A model generated the notes under the pieces. It was given only the letters and a program-made list of their open reading frames with translations, made no database searches and was not told where the DNA came from. Below, in pieces: positions 17,313 through 26,603 of a stretch of 64,000 bases of DNA. Position numbers and translations under genes: made by a program. The first letter of the stretch is position 1. Every line of letters starts with the position of its first letter. Source of the DNA: a virus; IMG/VR virus record IMGVR_UViG_3300033489_000601, positions 1,020 to 65,019 of that record; one strand, given 5' to 3'.

Positions 17313-17519
17313 ATGGCCCTTCAGATCACACGCGCCCACGTCCAGATGTTTGTCGAGCCCGGCGCCACAGCGCCGGTGATCGTGGACTACGTGCTGAGCG
17401 ACGAGCGCGACGCGGCGCTCGGCAAGCGGGGCACGATCCAGCTCGTGGTACCGGCGGGGGTGCGCTCTCAGCTCGCGACGCTCGTCGAGGACACGCTGCG
17501 CTCGGTGGGCATCCTCTAG
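17313..17519 (+). CDS. Hypothetical protein (antisense insert)
   Basis: 68 aa, GC3 bias; downstream of an operator copy (17215-17232) and a 10-bp inverted repeat. Confidence 0.55.
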   Translation: MALQITRAHVQMFVEPGATAPVIVDYVLSDERDAALGKRGTIQLVVPAGVRSQLATLVEDTLRSVGIL

Positions 17520-17875
17520 GGGTAGACCATCTTGATCTCGGTCGCGCCGAACGCGGGGATCAGCCGCACGACGAGATCGCGGATGGGGCGTTGAAAAGCG
17601 AACTCGCTGAGCTTCCAGCCAGCCGGAACGCTGAAGGTCAACGCCGGGTCGGACGTGCTCGCCGAGAAGTCGATGGTCTGCGTCCACACGCGTCCATCCA
17701 CGGCCTCGAACAGGTACGAGAAGACGCCCGGCGCGGTCTGATGGGTCCGGAAGCGCACGAGCGGCACGACGGCGTGGAACGCGCTCACCGATCGAACGAG
17801 CGCGACGCGATCCACGTGGTCGGGCGGGATGGGCGCGGCTGAGATGAAGGTGAAGTTTTCCTTGAAGTCGGGCAT
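17516..17875 (-). CDS. Hypothetical protein
   Basis: GAGGT SD, 119 aa, GC3 bias. Confidence 0.65.
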   Translation of the reverse strand: MPDFKENFTFISAAPIPPDHVDRVALVRSVSAFHAVVPLVRFRTHQTAPGVFSYLFEAVDGRVWTQTIDFSASTSDPALTFSVPAGWKLSEFAFQRPIRDLVVRLIPAFGATEIKMVYP

Positions 17876-17972
17876 CGTGACCTCGTTTGGGTGGGTGAGG
17901 GAGTCGCCAGCCTATCAGGTTGCTCGGCGGTTTTCTTGGCCGGTGCTGAGGGCTCGAGCGAGCGTCCGCGGC

Positions 17973-18929
17973 ATGAACCGAAGGATCGTCTACGCCGGGC
18001 TCGTCGTCGCCGCTCTCGTCGTCGCCGCGGGGTCCCTTGGCTTCTGGGTGCGGAGGTCCAGAGAAGCCGAGCGCGAACGCCTCAGCCTGTGCACCTCGCT
18101 AATGACCGGAGCTGAAGCGGCGCTCAAAGCGAATGACGGGGTGCGCGCCAAGAGCCTTGTGTCTACCGTGCGAAACAAATGCGACGAGATTCAGTTCCCG
18201 GCGCTCATGAAGATCGACCAGAGGATTGCCGATGTCATCGAAGCGAAGCATAAGGCGGCTGTCGGCGCTGTTGTTGCGGCGCGGAAGCAGGCCGAGCTCG
18301 AGCTCGCTGAGGTAACGGCCACGTTCGCACCTGTGTGGACCGCATACGAAAAGTTGCCGCACCGCAGTAAGTCGGCGCTGGCAACTGCGGTGCGCAAGGT
18401 GGCGACTATCCAGAACACTTTGCCGGTGCGACTTCAGCCGATGGGCATTCGCTACAACAGAGCGATCCTTCGAGCGGCATCCGCGCCGCTGATCCTGCCT
18501 CCTACGCGGGCGCGGGGCGACTGGTACGAGATCCTCGTCCCTTCGCATGAGCCGGCCGCGTGTATTGTATGGGGCTCGGGGTGGTCAAATGACCCGGCGG
18601 CGCTTATCGAGCTTGGTTTCGTCAAAATACACTGCGACGCGGCACCTGGAGGCCGTGCTGTTGAATGGGAGCTCTCGAAGGCGAGGGCAGATCTGAAAGA
18701 GGCGACGACGTATATCGATGCACAGTGGGGGGCCTACGACGAGATCCCCCAAGGGAAGCGAACCGTGGACGATCTGAGGTTCGCGTTTAAGGCCTCAATC
18801 ATGGTGATGGTTGGGCTGCAAGTGAAAGATGAAAACCGTAATGCTGTGGTGACTTACAACCTTCGCGCGTATCGACCGCGAGCCGTCATGCTCGGGTTGA
18901 CGGGTAACCCGACAATTGACGGTATGTAA
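17973..18929 (+). CDS. Membrane-anchored hypothetical protein (moron-like)
   Basis: N-terminal TM helix (IVYAGLVVAALVVAAGSLGFW), helical body; visibly lower GC than flanking genes. Confidence 0.7.
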   Translation: MNRRIVYAGLVVAALVVAAGSLGFWVRRSREAERERLSLCTSLMTGAEAALKANDGVRAKSLVSTVRNKCDEIQFPALMKIDQRIADVIEAKHKAAVGAVVAARKQAELELAEVTATFAPVWTAYEKLPHRSKSALATAVRKVATIQNTLPVRLQPMGIRYNRAILRAASAPLILPPTRARGDWYEILVPSHEPAACIVWGSGWSNDPAALIELGFVKIHCDAAPGGRAVEWELSKARADLKEATTYIDAQWGAYDEIPQGKRTVDDLRFAFKASIMVMVGLQVKDENRNAVVTYNLRAYRPRAVMLGLTGNPTIDGM

Positions 18930-19048
18930 CCACACCTGCGCCGCGGTGAACCGGCGTTCTCGCGCCGCCGGCCTCGGCTGATATGGCGTGAAATGTTCAC
19001 TTGACCGTGGCCCATGGCTCGGGCATAGAAGGCACGGAGGTTAGGGGT

Positions 19049-19360
19049 ATGAGAGGATTGCTTGGCATAACTGCGTGTATGCTGCTTGTGGCTTTGTCCG
19101 CGGGTTGTGGGGGGTTCGACGGGACGGGAGGCGGAAGCCCAACAGCAGAAGAACCCATTGCCGAGGCTATTCACTCCGACACGAGCGGACCCTTCGGCCT
19201 CTGTGATTCATGGGAAGACTGCATGCCGATCCGGTTATGCGAGGGACCGGCATGCAGAGGCGGGGAGTGTTACTATGAAACCGTATTCGACGGCAACTCA
19301 TGCGAGCTGCCCGGCAAAGACGGCATGTGTATTGACGGGGAATGCGTGTCGACTCAGTAG
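19049..19360 (+). CDS. Cys-rich lipoprotein (moron-like)
   Basis: GGAGGT SD; signal peptide ending LSAG-C; eight further Cys in a C-terminal disulfide-rich module; lower GC. Confidence 0.75.
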   Translation: MRGLLGITACMLLVALSAGCGGFDGTGGGSPTAEEPIAEAIHSDTSGPFGLCDSWEDCMPIRLCEGPACRGGECYYETVFDGNSCELPGKDGMCIDGECVSTQ

Positions 19361-20025
19361 CCAGCAGCGAGAGTCGCGTTGGCCGAAATCGCCGCCACTT
19401 CCCAGGCGGTGCCATTCCACATCAAGGTTGCCGACTGCTTGGCCGGCGTGCCTATGACAAACGAAAACATCGTCGTGCCGTCATCCTTGAATGTGTACGC
19501 GTTAGACAATTCGCCAATCACATACACGTGAATCACGAGGCCGGCAGGTTCGCCGGTCGGCCTCGTGACGTCGACCACGCACGCCAGAGTGGGATTGTCG
19601 AATTTATAATAATCTGCCGCAACGCTGATCGAAGTGGTCGCGCCGGGCGAAGACTTGTCCGTCCTACGGTGGTACGTCTTCGCGGTTGAGCCGCTCAGCG
19701 TTTCGGCCCCGGTCCTCGTGACCGTGGCCGACTGAGTGATGGTCCCCGACAGCGTGCCTGTCAGCGCGACGTTTGCGTTGATGGTCTGCGCGGCCGTCCA
19801 CGTCCCCGGCGCGCTCACGGCCATGGCCGCCGCGCTGAGCGTGAGCGTCGCGGGGTTCAGCGTCACCGCGAGCCCACCTATCGACAGCAGCGCGCTCGGC
19901 GCGTACGTGCCGCCGCCGTCGCCGTCCACGCACGATGGGCGGATGGCGTCCAGCGCCTCGAACTCCAGCGCCGAGACCGTCGACCCGTGGAACCAGCCGT
20001 TGATCATCCGAATGCGAGCAAACAT
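19354..20025 (-). CDS. Tail fibre-associated structural protein
   Basis: 223 aa Thr/Ala/Gly-rich beta protein in the tail module; AAGGA SD. Confidence 0.55.
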   Translation of the reverse strand: MFARIRMINGWFHGSTVSALEFEALDAIRPSCVDGDGGGTYAPSALLSIGGLAVTLNPATLTLSAAAMAVSAPGTWTAAQTINANVALTGTLSGTITQSATVTRTGAETLSGSTAKTYHRRTDKSSPGATTSISVAADYYKFDNPTLACVVDVTRPTGEPAGLVIHVYVIGELSNAYTFKDDGTTMFSFVIGTPAKQSATLMWNGTAWEVAAISANATLAAGY

Positions 20026-20064
20026 AGTCCTTGCTTTCTGCGCGCCGTAGCACGCCCGCCGACG

Positions 20065-20292
20065 CTACGGCTGAGGCGCCGCGCCGTCTACAGCCGCGGG
20101 TGTAGAACAGCACGCCGCGAGCTCGTGCAGCGTCTCCGTCGTCACGCGCGCGCCGGGCCAGCGCTTCCCGCGCGTGACCTCGCGGCACTCCGCGCAGCGC
20201 GTCCCCGCGAACACCCGCGTGAGACCGCAGCCGACGCAGAGCCCGCGAGCTCGGCGAGAGGCGTATAACGCGCGGGCGTCAGCGGGGGTCAT
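20065..20292 (-). CDS. Small zinc-finger protein
   Basis: GLCVGCG...RCAEC; an operator copy (20088-20105) lies within its 3' end. Confidence 0.55.
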   Translation of the reverse strand: MTPADARALYASRRARGLCVGCGLTRVFAGTRCAECREVTRGKRWPGARVTTETLHELAACCSTPAAVDGAAPQP

Positions 20293-20465
20293 CTGCGAGC
20301 CCTCTCCACGCGCTCAGCCTCGCGCTCGATCATGCATGCTACGCAGCGCTTCGCGTCCGCTACGCACGCCGCCCCATGCTCGCATGGATGCGCCGCGGGC
20401 TCCTCGCTCGCCCCGCGCACGAACGCCGCGCAGCGCGCGCACTGCCTGTATTCCGCCGCGCTCAC
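20289..20465 (-). CDS. Small Cys-rich protein
   Basis: GTG overlaps the previous stop; CARC and CVAC motifs. Confidence 0.45.
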   Translation of the reverse strand: MSAAEYRQCARCAAFVRGASEEPAAHPCEHGAACVADAKRCVACMIEREAERVERARR

Positions 20466-20857
20466 ATCGCCTCGTAGGGGCCGAGGTACGCCTCGACGCC
20501 GGATGCGAACGCGAGCCCCGTGCACAGCGCCTTCGAGCGCACGATGTCCTCGCTCACGCTCCACGTCGCCGCGATAGCCGTCACGCGCGCCGCGTCCGGC
20601 GGTGACGTGCCGATGGTGACCGACTCGTTCGCGCCCGTGGCGGCCGCCTGCCCAACCCAATCAGCCGCGGTCAGCGCGCGGTAGGGCGGCGCGAGGCCGG
20701 CGGCGAAGATGCGCGCGGTCACCGCGCCGCCGTACACGTTCAGGCCGATGCCGAGCGCGCACGTGTAGACCGCGGCCTCGGTGATGCTCTCCGCGAGCGC
20801 CACGGCGGCGCAGCGCGCTCGTGCGGTGTCGTCGATGTAGATGTTCTCGATGGTCAT
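20462..20857 (-). CDS. Hypothetical protein
   Basis: 131 aa, ATGA-coupled to the methylase. Confidence 0.6.
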   Translation of the reverse strand: MTIENIYIDDTARARCAAVALAESITEAAVYTCALGIGLNVYGGAVTARIFAAGLAPPYRALTAADWVGQAAATGANESVTIGTSPPDAARVTAIAATWSVSEDIVRSKALCTGLAFASGVEAYLGPYEAM

Positions 20858-22746
20858 ATCGCCTCAAGAAAAAGGGAGCGCTGGGCCTTCGCGGGCGCGC
20901 GCAGACAGGCGGGCGAGAACCAGACCCGCTCGCGCTTGGCGTTCTCGTTCTCGCCCGCCGCCTGATTCGAATAGCCGCCCGCGGCTTTCCACGCCTCGAC
21001 GGTCCAGCCCTGCCCCTCGAGCGCGACGTGTTCGACGTCGTAGCCGCAGAGCGCGATCCGCAGGTCCGGTCGCGCGCCGTTCTCGATGCACCACGCGCGC
21101 ACGCGAGCGCTCACGGGCTCGGTCCCGTAGAGGTCGTCGAACCCCTCGTAGGGTGGGTCGAGCACGACGCCCGTTACGCCGTGCTTCCAGGTCACCGCGG
21201 GCGTCAGGATGCGCGCGAAGTCGCCGCACGTGACGCGGGTGTATCGCAGCCGAGCGGAGAGTGCCGCGAAGACTTCGTAGAGGGCGGAGCGGTGGGCGGA
21301 GCTATTCACTCCCGCGCCGGAACGCGGAGAGCCTGAGCCGTCACCTCCACCCAGATGCGGAAGTTGCCGCCGCATCCCGCCGCGGTGGACGCCCTTGCCG
21401 ACGTTGACGTACGCCGCTTCGCGCTCGTTATGGTAGACGCCGCCGAGGTCGGGCATCTGGCGGCGCATTGCCTTCGAATGAACGCCACGGCCATCGGCGC
21501 GACCGCTGCCATGGTTTCCGCTGTTGCTATTGAGCAGGGGCGCCTGCTTCGACTCCATGCGCTCGCACCACCCGCTGCCGATCCACGCGCTCAGCCCCCA
21601 CACCCACCAGCCTGCGATCATCGCGTTGTAATGCCGCGGGTCCGCCTCCAGACGCGCCGCGAGCTTCTTCTTGATGCCCGCGAGGTAGCGGTGCCGCGCG
21701 TGCAGATCCGTCTCGTTCACGGGCCAGTCGGCTGCCGTCGCGACCGCCTCCGGGTTCGCAGCCGTGGCGCGCCAGAAGTTGCAGTTGTGCGAGGCTAACC
21801 CTTCCGCGATGAAGGTGCGCGACGTCGTAGACAGCGCGACCACCTCCTGCGGACCAAGGTATTCCTTCGAGACAAGACCAACCGCGTTGTGCTCCCTACC
21901 GTACAGCGAAACTGATTCAACAGCTTCGGCGAACTTTGCGAGCAGCCGATGAGGACGAATCAACATTAAGAATCGAAACTGTTCACGCATCCCGCCAGTT
22001 ATGGTGATGTGCTTACATTTCCGCTGCCGATCGGTCCTGAAGGAAAACCCGCGGCGCGCGAGCGCCTCCACGACCTCTGACAGCACAATGCCCTGGTTTT
22101 GCGACATGCCCACACGAAGCCCTGGCCCTGCATTTAGGCAGCCTTCGCCGTCAAAAAGCCCAGCGAGCCACCCCGCCTCCCATGACTCTTCGCGCGTGAC
22201 AACAGGAGCAGCCTTCAGAACCCAACTCCGCTGCGTGGAGCGGTTGGCTGCTAGATTTTTCGTTTTCACCCATCGCCAACCACGGCCCGTTTTGCCAGTG
22301 CAATGACTGCCAGTCAGCCAACAGTGGTCTTCGGATGCGATGACGACGGTCCCGTCGTCGAACGTCAGTCGATAACTTGGAAGCACGACGCGCGGGGCGT
22401 CGATGACCGTGGACCGTTGCCAGTGACGGTAGCGCGCGGGCGAGCGAAACCCCGCCCGCGCCGTGCCTGAGTTTTCTTCGTCGAAGGCGAGCAGGCGCTC
22501 GCCCGCGCAGAGCGTCCCCGCCGCTTTCCACGTCATGTCCTCCATGAGGACGCGTGTGTCTGGTGCGACACACAGATGTCCGTCGACGTCGTTGACCGTC
22601 TCCACGCGCGGCTCGTGCGGCCGTCCGAGGAGCACCGCGAGCGAGCCGGCGAAGGGCTCGACGTAGTTCACGACCTCGCCGAGGCGCGACCATATCAGCG
22701 GCGCCGCGCGCGATTTTCCACCAAACCAAGGGAAGGGAGCTTTCAT
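20854..22746 (-). CDS. D12/Dam-class N6-adenine DNA methyltransferase containing an intein
   Basis: FPWFGGKS, YVEPFAGS (SAM binding), VNDVDG, VVLDPPY (catalytic); interrupted at residue 59. Confidence 0.9.
   Translation of the reverse strand: MKAPFPWFGGKSRAAPLIWSRLGEVVNYVEPFAGSLAVLLGRPHEPRVETVNDVDGHLCVAPDTRVLMEDMTWKAAGTLCAGERLLAFDEENSGTARAGFRSPARYRHWQRSTVIDAPRVVLPSYRLTFDDGTVVIASEDHCWLTGSHCTGKTGRGWRWVKTKNLAANRSTQRSWVLKAAPVVTREESWEAGWLAGLFDGEGCLNAGPGLRVGMSQNQGIVLSEVVEALARRGFSFRTDRQRKCKHITITGGMREQFRFLMLIRPHRLLAKFAEAVESVSLYGREHNAVGLVSKEYLGPQEVVALSTTSRTFIAEGLASHNCNFWRATAANPEAVATAADWPVNETDLHARHRYLAGIKKKLAARLEADPRHYNAMIAGWWVWGLSAWIGSGWCERMESKQAPLLNSNSGNHGSGRADGRGVHSKAMRRQMPDLGGVYHNEREAAYVNVGKGVHRGGMRRQLPHLGGGDGSGSPRSGAGVNSSAHRSALYEVFAALSARLRYTRVTCGDFARILTPAVTWKHGVTGVVLDPPYEGFDDLYGTEPVSARVRAWCIENGARPDLRIALCGYDVEHVALEGQGWTVEAWKAAGGYSNQAAGENENAKRERVWFSPACLRAPAKAQRSLFLEAI
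21784..22572 (-). mobile_element. Intein (263 aa) with LAGLIDADG homing-endonuclease motif
   Basis: Begins CVAPDTRVLM, block B ASEDHCWLT, WLAGLFDGEG, ends FIAEGLASHN followed by Cys+1; removal restores NDVDGHL-CNFWRA. Confidence 0.92.
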
Positions 22747-22856
22747 CGCCGCCCCTTCCGCACCCGCTTCACCCGCGGCTTCTTCGGCGGCACCACGACC
22801 ACCGTGCCGCTTCCCCCTGTCACCGCATCCCCCAAAGCCTTCAGCACCGCCCTCAT
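22743..22856 (-). CDS. Small basic peptide (37 aa)
   Basis: GGAGGT/GAGGAG SD; MRAVLKALGDAVTGGSGTVVVVPPKKPRVKRVRKGRR; ATGA-coupled to the methylase. Confidence 0.5.
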   Translation of the reverse strand: MRAVLKALGDAVTGGSGTVVVVPPKKPRVKRVRKGRR

Positions 22857-22876
22857 CTCCTCTACCTCCGCGGCCA

Positions 22877-22906
22877 CCCTATCACAGGTTACAACCGCGG
22901 CTGTAG
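22877..22906 (-). promoter_or_regulatory. Operator (22889-22906) plus TAGGGT -10-like box driving the methylase cassette
   Basis: Minus strand reads CTACAGCCGCGGTTGTAA-cctgtga-TAGGGT-ggccgc-GGAGGT. Confidence 0.65.
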
Positions 22907-22918
22907 CGGCAGACAAAC

Positions 22919-22952
22919 GAAGGGCGCGAAGCCCTGAGGCCGCGCGCCCTTC
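22919..22952 (-). terminator. Probable terminator hairpin
   Basis: GAAGGGCGCG...CGCGCCCTTC stem followed by GTTTGT on the minus strand, after the 22973 gene. Confidence 0.5.
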
Positions 22953-22972
22953 GAACGCCCCTACTTCGCCGC

Positions 22973-23224
22973 TTACTTCGCCGCGCGCAGCAGCTCGATC
23001 ATCGCCGCCGCGTCGAGCGAGTGCAGCTCGAGCAGCTTGCCCATCGCGCGCACGGCGTCTTCCTCATGCTGCCCCGCGAGCGTGGCCAGCCCCTCCATCA
23101 CCACCTGAAGCCGGCCGATGAACGCGATCGCCAACGGCTCATCCGAGCCCCCGCGCAGCGCCCTCTCCACCGCGTCTGGGCTCTGCTTCTCCCCGCTCGT
23201 GTCATCTGCTTTCGTTCCGTCCAT
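22973..23224 (-). CDS. Hypothetical protein
   Basis: GAGGAGG SD; 83 aa. Confidence 0.65.
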   Translation of the reverse strand: MDGTKADDTSGEKQSPDAVERALRGGSDEPLAIAFIGRLQVVMEGLATLAGQHEEDAVRAMGKLLELHSLDAAAMIELLRAAK

Positions 23225-23284
23225 GTGAGCCTCCTCGTCGTTCGTCGTGTCAACGGTAGAGACTGCTCCTCGCCGGTGTGAACA

Positions 23285-24313
23285 TCAAGGTACGATCGTG
23301 CCAATCGGCGTGATGCCCAGCATCCCCACGCCGATCGTGAAGGGGCCCGCGCTGCTCCCCGCCCCACCACCCACGCTCCAGGTCGCTACACCCGCGAACA
23401 CTCGAGCCGCGAGTTCATTCGCTTTTCTGCGGGTCTCAGCGTCCGCGGCGGCATCCTCCGTCAACACAATCGTGTAGTGCCGCTTCGACGACGCCCACAG
23501 CGGAAACGGGATCGTCGTTGCGCTCGCGCCCGCCGCGTGCGTCTGCGTGATGACGCCCGTGAACGTCCGGTACGCGGGGTCGTTCAGCACGTCGCCGTCG
23601 CTGAACAGCACGCCCGCCGCGGTCACAGCAACGGCCTCCGTGCGCGTCGGCGTCTCGCTGTCAATCACCACCACATCGCCCACGAGGAGGCGCGTCGTCG
23701 CGATCTGCTTCGTGATGTCGAACTGCGTCTCGTCAACGGTCGACTCGTTCGGATCCAGCGCCTCATACCGCAGCGTGTGCGCGGCCGGCGCGGCGCCCGT
23801 CACGCTGTCGAGGAGGCAGATGAACTTCCGCGGCACGCTCGTCGCCTGAAGGTTCATCGGTGCATCGCCGAGCGCCTCGGGGTAGTTCACCGCCTCGTCC
23901 GACGGGGCCGCGCGCACGAAGAGGAAGTCGTCGCCGAACGCCGCGCCGAATAGCTCTTGCAGCACGATCGCGCATGCCCCGCGGGGGAGCAGCCGCGCCG
24001 CCGCGAGCGCCTCCCGCCGGTCGGTGATCGTGTCCGTTGGCGCAGGCACGAGGCCGTACTCGCGCTCGCGCGAGGGGATGAGCTCTAGCGCGCGGCTCGG
24101 CCACTGCTGATCGCACGCGTGCTCGAGCAGGACCGAGGCGCGCCCGCAGGCCATCGCACGCGCGTAGATGCTGGCCTCGACGTGCGTGCCGGCGTCGGTC
24201 GAGAGCTGTCCGCCGACCGAGGCCACCATCTGGTCGTAGAAGAGCTGCGCGCGCGAGGGCTTCCCGCTGAGCTTCAGCAGACCGAGCGGCGTGAACCAGG
24301 AGAGGAGGGGCAT
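23285..24313 (-). CDS. Baseplate protein, Mu gp48/YmfQ (DUF2313)-like
   Basis: LIPSREREYGLVPAPTDTITDRREALAA motif; downstream of baseplate J. Confidence 0.75.
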   Translation of the reverse strand: MPLLSWFTPLGLLKLSGKPSRAQLFYDQMVASVGGQLSTDAGTHVEASIYARAMACGRASVLLEHACDQQWPSRALELIPSREREYGLVPAPTDTITDRREALAAARLLPRGACAIVLQELFGAAFGDDFLFVRAAPSDEAVNYPEALGDAPMNLQATSVPRKFICLLDSVTGAAPAAHTLRYEALDPNESTVDETQFDITKQIATTRLLVGDVVVIDSETPTRTEAVAVTAAGVLFSDGDVLNDPAYRTFTGVITQTHAAGASATTIPFPLWASSKRHYTIVLTEDAAADAETRRKANELAARVFAGVATWSVGGGAGSSAGPFTIGVGMLGITPIGTIVP

Positions 24314-24323
24314 GGCGTGGATC

Positions 24324-24803
24324 TCAGTGCACGTGGACCTTGAAGTTGCCGTCGGTCAGCACGTTGCCGTCGACGATCGTCTTCACCCGGACGCCGTTCG
24401 CGACCGCCGTAGCCACGGGCACGAGCCACGGGCCATCCTCGACCATCGTCGCCTCCGGCGAGCTCGCCGCCACCGGCAGCGTGTCAGCCGCCCACGTCAG
24501 CGTGACGTCGCCCGCGCCGTTGTCCGTGACGGTGATGTCCCCTGCAACGAGCGTCGACCGCAGCGCCTGCACCGCGTACACGCTCGGCGTCCCCGCGGCG
24601 AAGTGCACCTCGATCGACAGCACGGGGAGCATGCGCCCGTAGGCGGCGCAGAGCGCGAGCGCTTGGTTCAACTGCCAGTCGTAGGGCATGCCCGTGCCCA
24701 GCACCCCAGGGTCGCCGTCGTTCACGAGCGTCGCGTCCACGTCGTCGGCCGTGGGCCGGCGGGGCGCGGCGAGATCGAAGGTCATCGTTTCGGATGCGGC
24801 CAT
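24324..24803 (-). CDS. Putative tail/baseplate structural protein
   Basis: 159 aa beta-rich, AGGAG SD, located in the baseplate cluster. Confidence 0.55.
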   Translation of the reverse strand: MAASETMTFDLAAPRRPTADDVDATLVNDGDPGVLGTGMPYDWQLNQALALCAAYGRMLPVLSIEVHFAAGTPSVYAVQALRSTLVAGDITVTDNGAGDVTLTWAADTLPVAASSPEATMVEDGPWLVPVATAVANGVRVKTIVDGNVLTDGNFKVHVH

Positions 24804-24818
24804 GTGCTAAAAACTCCT

Positions 24819-25037
24819 ATGTCCTACGTGAAAGCTGAAGACCTGGTGACCGTGGTACGGCTCGTGGTCAGCGACGACGCGCCACGCGTGTACGACGAGA
24901 CCATCGCGTTCGTGGATGAACAGATGCGCCTTGCGCTGTTGACGCCGAGCGCGGTGCTGGCGTGTGACCGCGGCGCCTCTTATGTGAGCGCAGCCGCTCA
25001 CGCCGACGTTGCCCTCGACGCTCGTCACTTCTCGTAG
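24819..25037 (+). CDS. Hypothetical protein (antisense insert)
   Basis: MSYVKAEDLVTVVRLVVSDD...; strong GC3 bias in this frame; no SD. Confidence 0.5.
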   Translation: MSYVKAEDLVTVVRLVVSDDAPRVYDETIAFVDEQMRLALLTPSAVLACDRGASYVSAAAHADVALDARHFS

Positions 25038-26551
25038 AAAGCCAAATCCCCCAGCGTCAGCAGCCGCGCGCTCACCGCTGCCACGCCCACCGTCGTCTGC
25101 CGCGGCAGCGTCTCGGGGATCGCTATGCTCGCGTCGCCCACGAGCCCGCTGTCAAACACCGGGTTCAGCAACATCAGGTTGTTGATCGCGCTCGGCCAGC
25201 CCTCGGTCGGCGACGGCGCGCGGCGCTGTCGGAATCCAGGGTCGTAGAACGTGGACACCTGCTCGCCGGGACCGAGCGTCGCCATCGCCTGGAGCACAGG
25301 CACGGTGAGGTCGTCGAGCGAGTCACTCCACGGGCTCACGAGCGCGCCCACCGAGGGCTCAAAGGTCGTGTCGCTCGCGCCGTTCGCGGTCTCCACCTCG
25401 AGCAGCCACTCCATGTCCGCGACCTGCTCCGTCACGGTGAGGAGGCGTTTCTTCCTCCACCGGCCGATGCGCCGCGGGGAGAGGGCCGCCGTCGCGTCGA
25501 CCTCGAAGAGTCCGATCGTCTGCCCTACCTGCGGCGTCGACGTCGCGGTGCCCGTGCCGACCTCGAACTCCGTCGCGCTGATAACGCCCGTCACGCGCAC
25601 CTGATCGGCCGCGATGAACTCCGGCCACGGCGTCGCGTCGGCCCATCCTGTCGCACCGCGCGCCCATGTGACGCTGACGCCGACGTCGATGGGCTCAGCG
25701 ATCCACGTGCAGCCGAAATGCCCGTCGTCCGCCTGGATGCCGCCGTTCAGGGTCGCCTCGATGAGCGCCTCCTGCGTCGTCGTCGTGAAGCGCTCGCCCC
25801 CGAGCGTCGCCGCGCGGAGCGACACGAGAACCGCGGTCGTCCCCGTGCTTTTGATCGCGGGGTAGGTGAACACCTCCTCCACGGTCATGCCCGCGATCGT
25901 GCGCACCATGCGGCGGATCTCGGCGTCGTTGCCGGCGGCGGGCGGGTTCGCACGGCGCGCCTCGATGGCCTCGATGTACTCCGCGTCCGTCGCTTCCTCG
26001 CGCCCGCCGCTGATACCGCTGCCGTCGGATGCCTCGGTCACCACCCCGTCCTTCGCGAGCCCCGCGGAGGGGGACGTCCAGACGAGGCGCGTGCCGGGGT
26101 CGAGGTTGCCCGCCGGCCCTGGATCGACGCTCTCGATCGGGACGGGCGTGCTGCTCGTGTACAGCGCGGTCTCGGTACAGATGAAACGCGAGCCCGTGGA
26201 CGACTCGGTGAGTTCGTCGCCGATAAGGATCGTCGCGCCGCCGACAGAGGTCGTGATCGTGAAGAGCCCCGACGCCTTCGTCGCGGGCGGTCGCTCGACG
26301 CCCTCGCTCGCGCCCGTGCGCTCGAGCCGCTCGCCCGTCTGCCCGCGCAGGTTCGTGGCGCGCCCGATGACCGTGGTGTTGTTCATCACGATCATCATCG
26401 CGTCCGCGAGGAGCGAAGCGTCGTGATCGGGCAGCGTGTTCGGCCCCGTGTCCGCGTCCGGTATGCGGTTCTTGTAGTCGCGGAGGTACAGCCGCTTCTG
26501 CGTGTCGCGCGCGAGCACACGCACGTCGTCGGGGAGGTCGTCGAGGGCCAT
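25025..26551 (-). CDS. Baseplate J-like protein (Mu gp47)
   Basis: RPPATKASG..IT, GDEL, ESVDPGPAGN, GGREEATDAEYIEAI..RRANPPAAGN..VEEVFTYP..GT. Confidence 0.88.
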   Translation of the reverse strand: MALDDLPDDVRVLARDTQKRLYLRDYKNRIPDADTGPNTLPDHDASLLADAMMIVMNNTTVIGRATNLRGQTGERLERTGASEGVERPPATKASGLFTITTSVGGATILIGDELTESSTGSRFICTETALYTSSTPVPIESVDPGPAGNLDPGTRLVWTSPSAGLAKDGVVTEASDGSGISGGREEATDAEYIEAIEARRANPPAAGNDAEIRRMVRTIAGMTVEEVFTYPAIKSTGTTAVLVSLRAATLGGERFTTTTQEALIEATLNGGIQADDGHFGCTWIAEPIDVGVSVTWARGATGWADATPWPEFIAADQVRVTGVISATEFEVGTGTATSTPQVGQTIGLFEVDATAALSPRRIGRWRKKRLLTVTEQVADMEWLLEVETANGASDTTFEPSVGALVSPWSDSLDDLTVPVLQAMATLGPGEQVSTFYDPGFRQRRAPSPTEGWPSAINNLMLLNPVFDSGLVGDASIAIPETLPRQTTVGVAAVSARLLTLGDLAFYEK

Positions 26552-26603
26552 GGGGTAGACCTACAGGCGCGGGTGTTATAGGCTGCGCGGCGGAGGTTGG
26601 GTG

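Noticed and set aside
24807-25028. 73-aa minus-strand ORF between baseplate genes
   Set aside because: The plus-strand frame 24819..25037 shows the GC3 bias and a protein-like composition; the minus frame does not.
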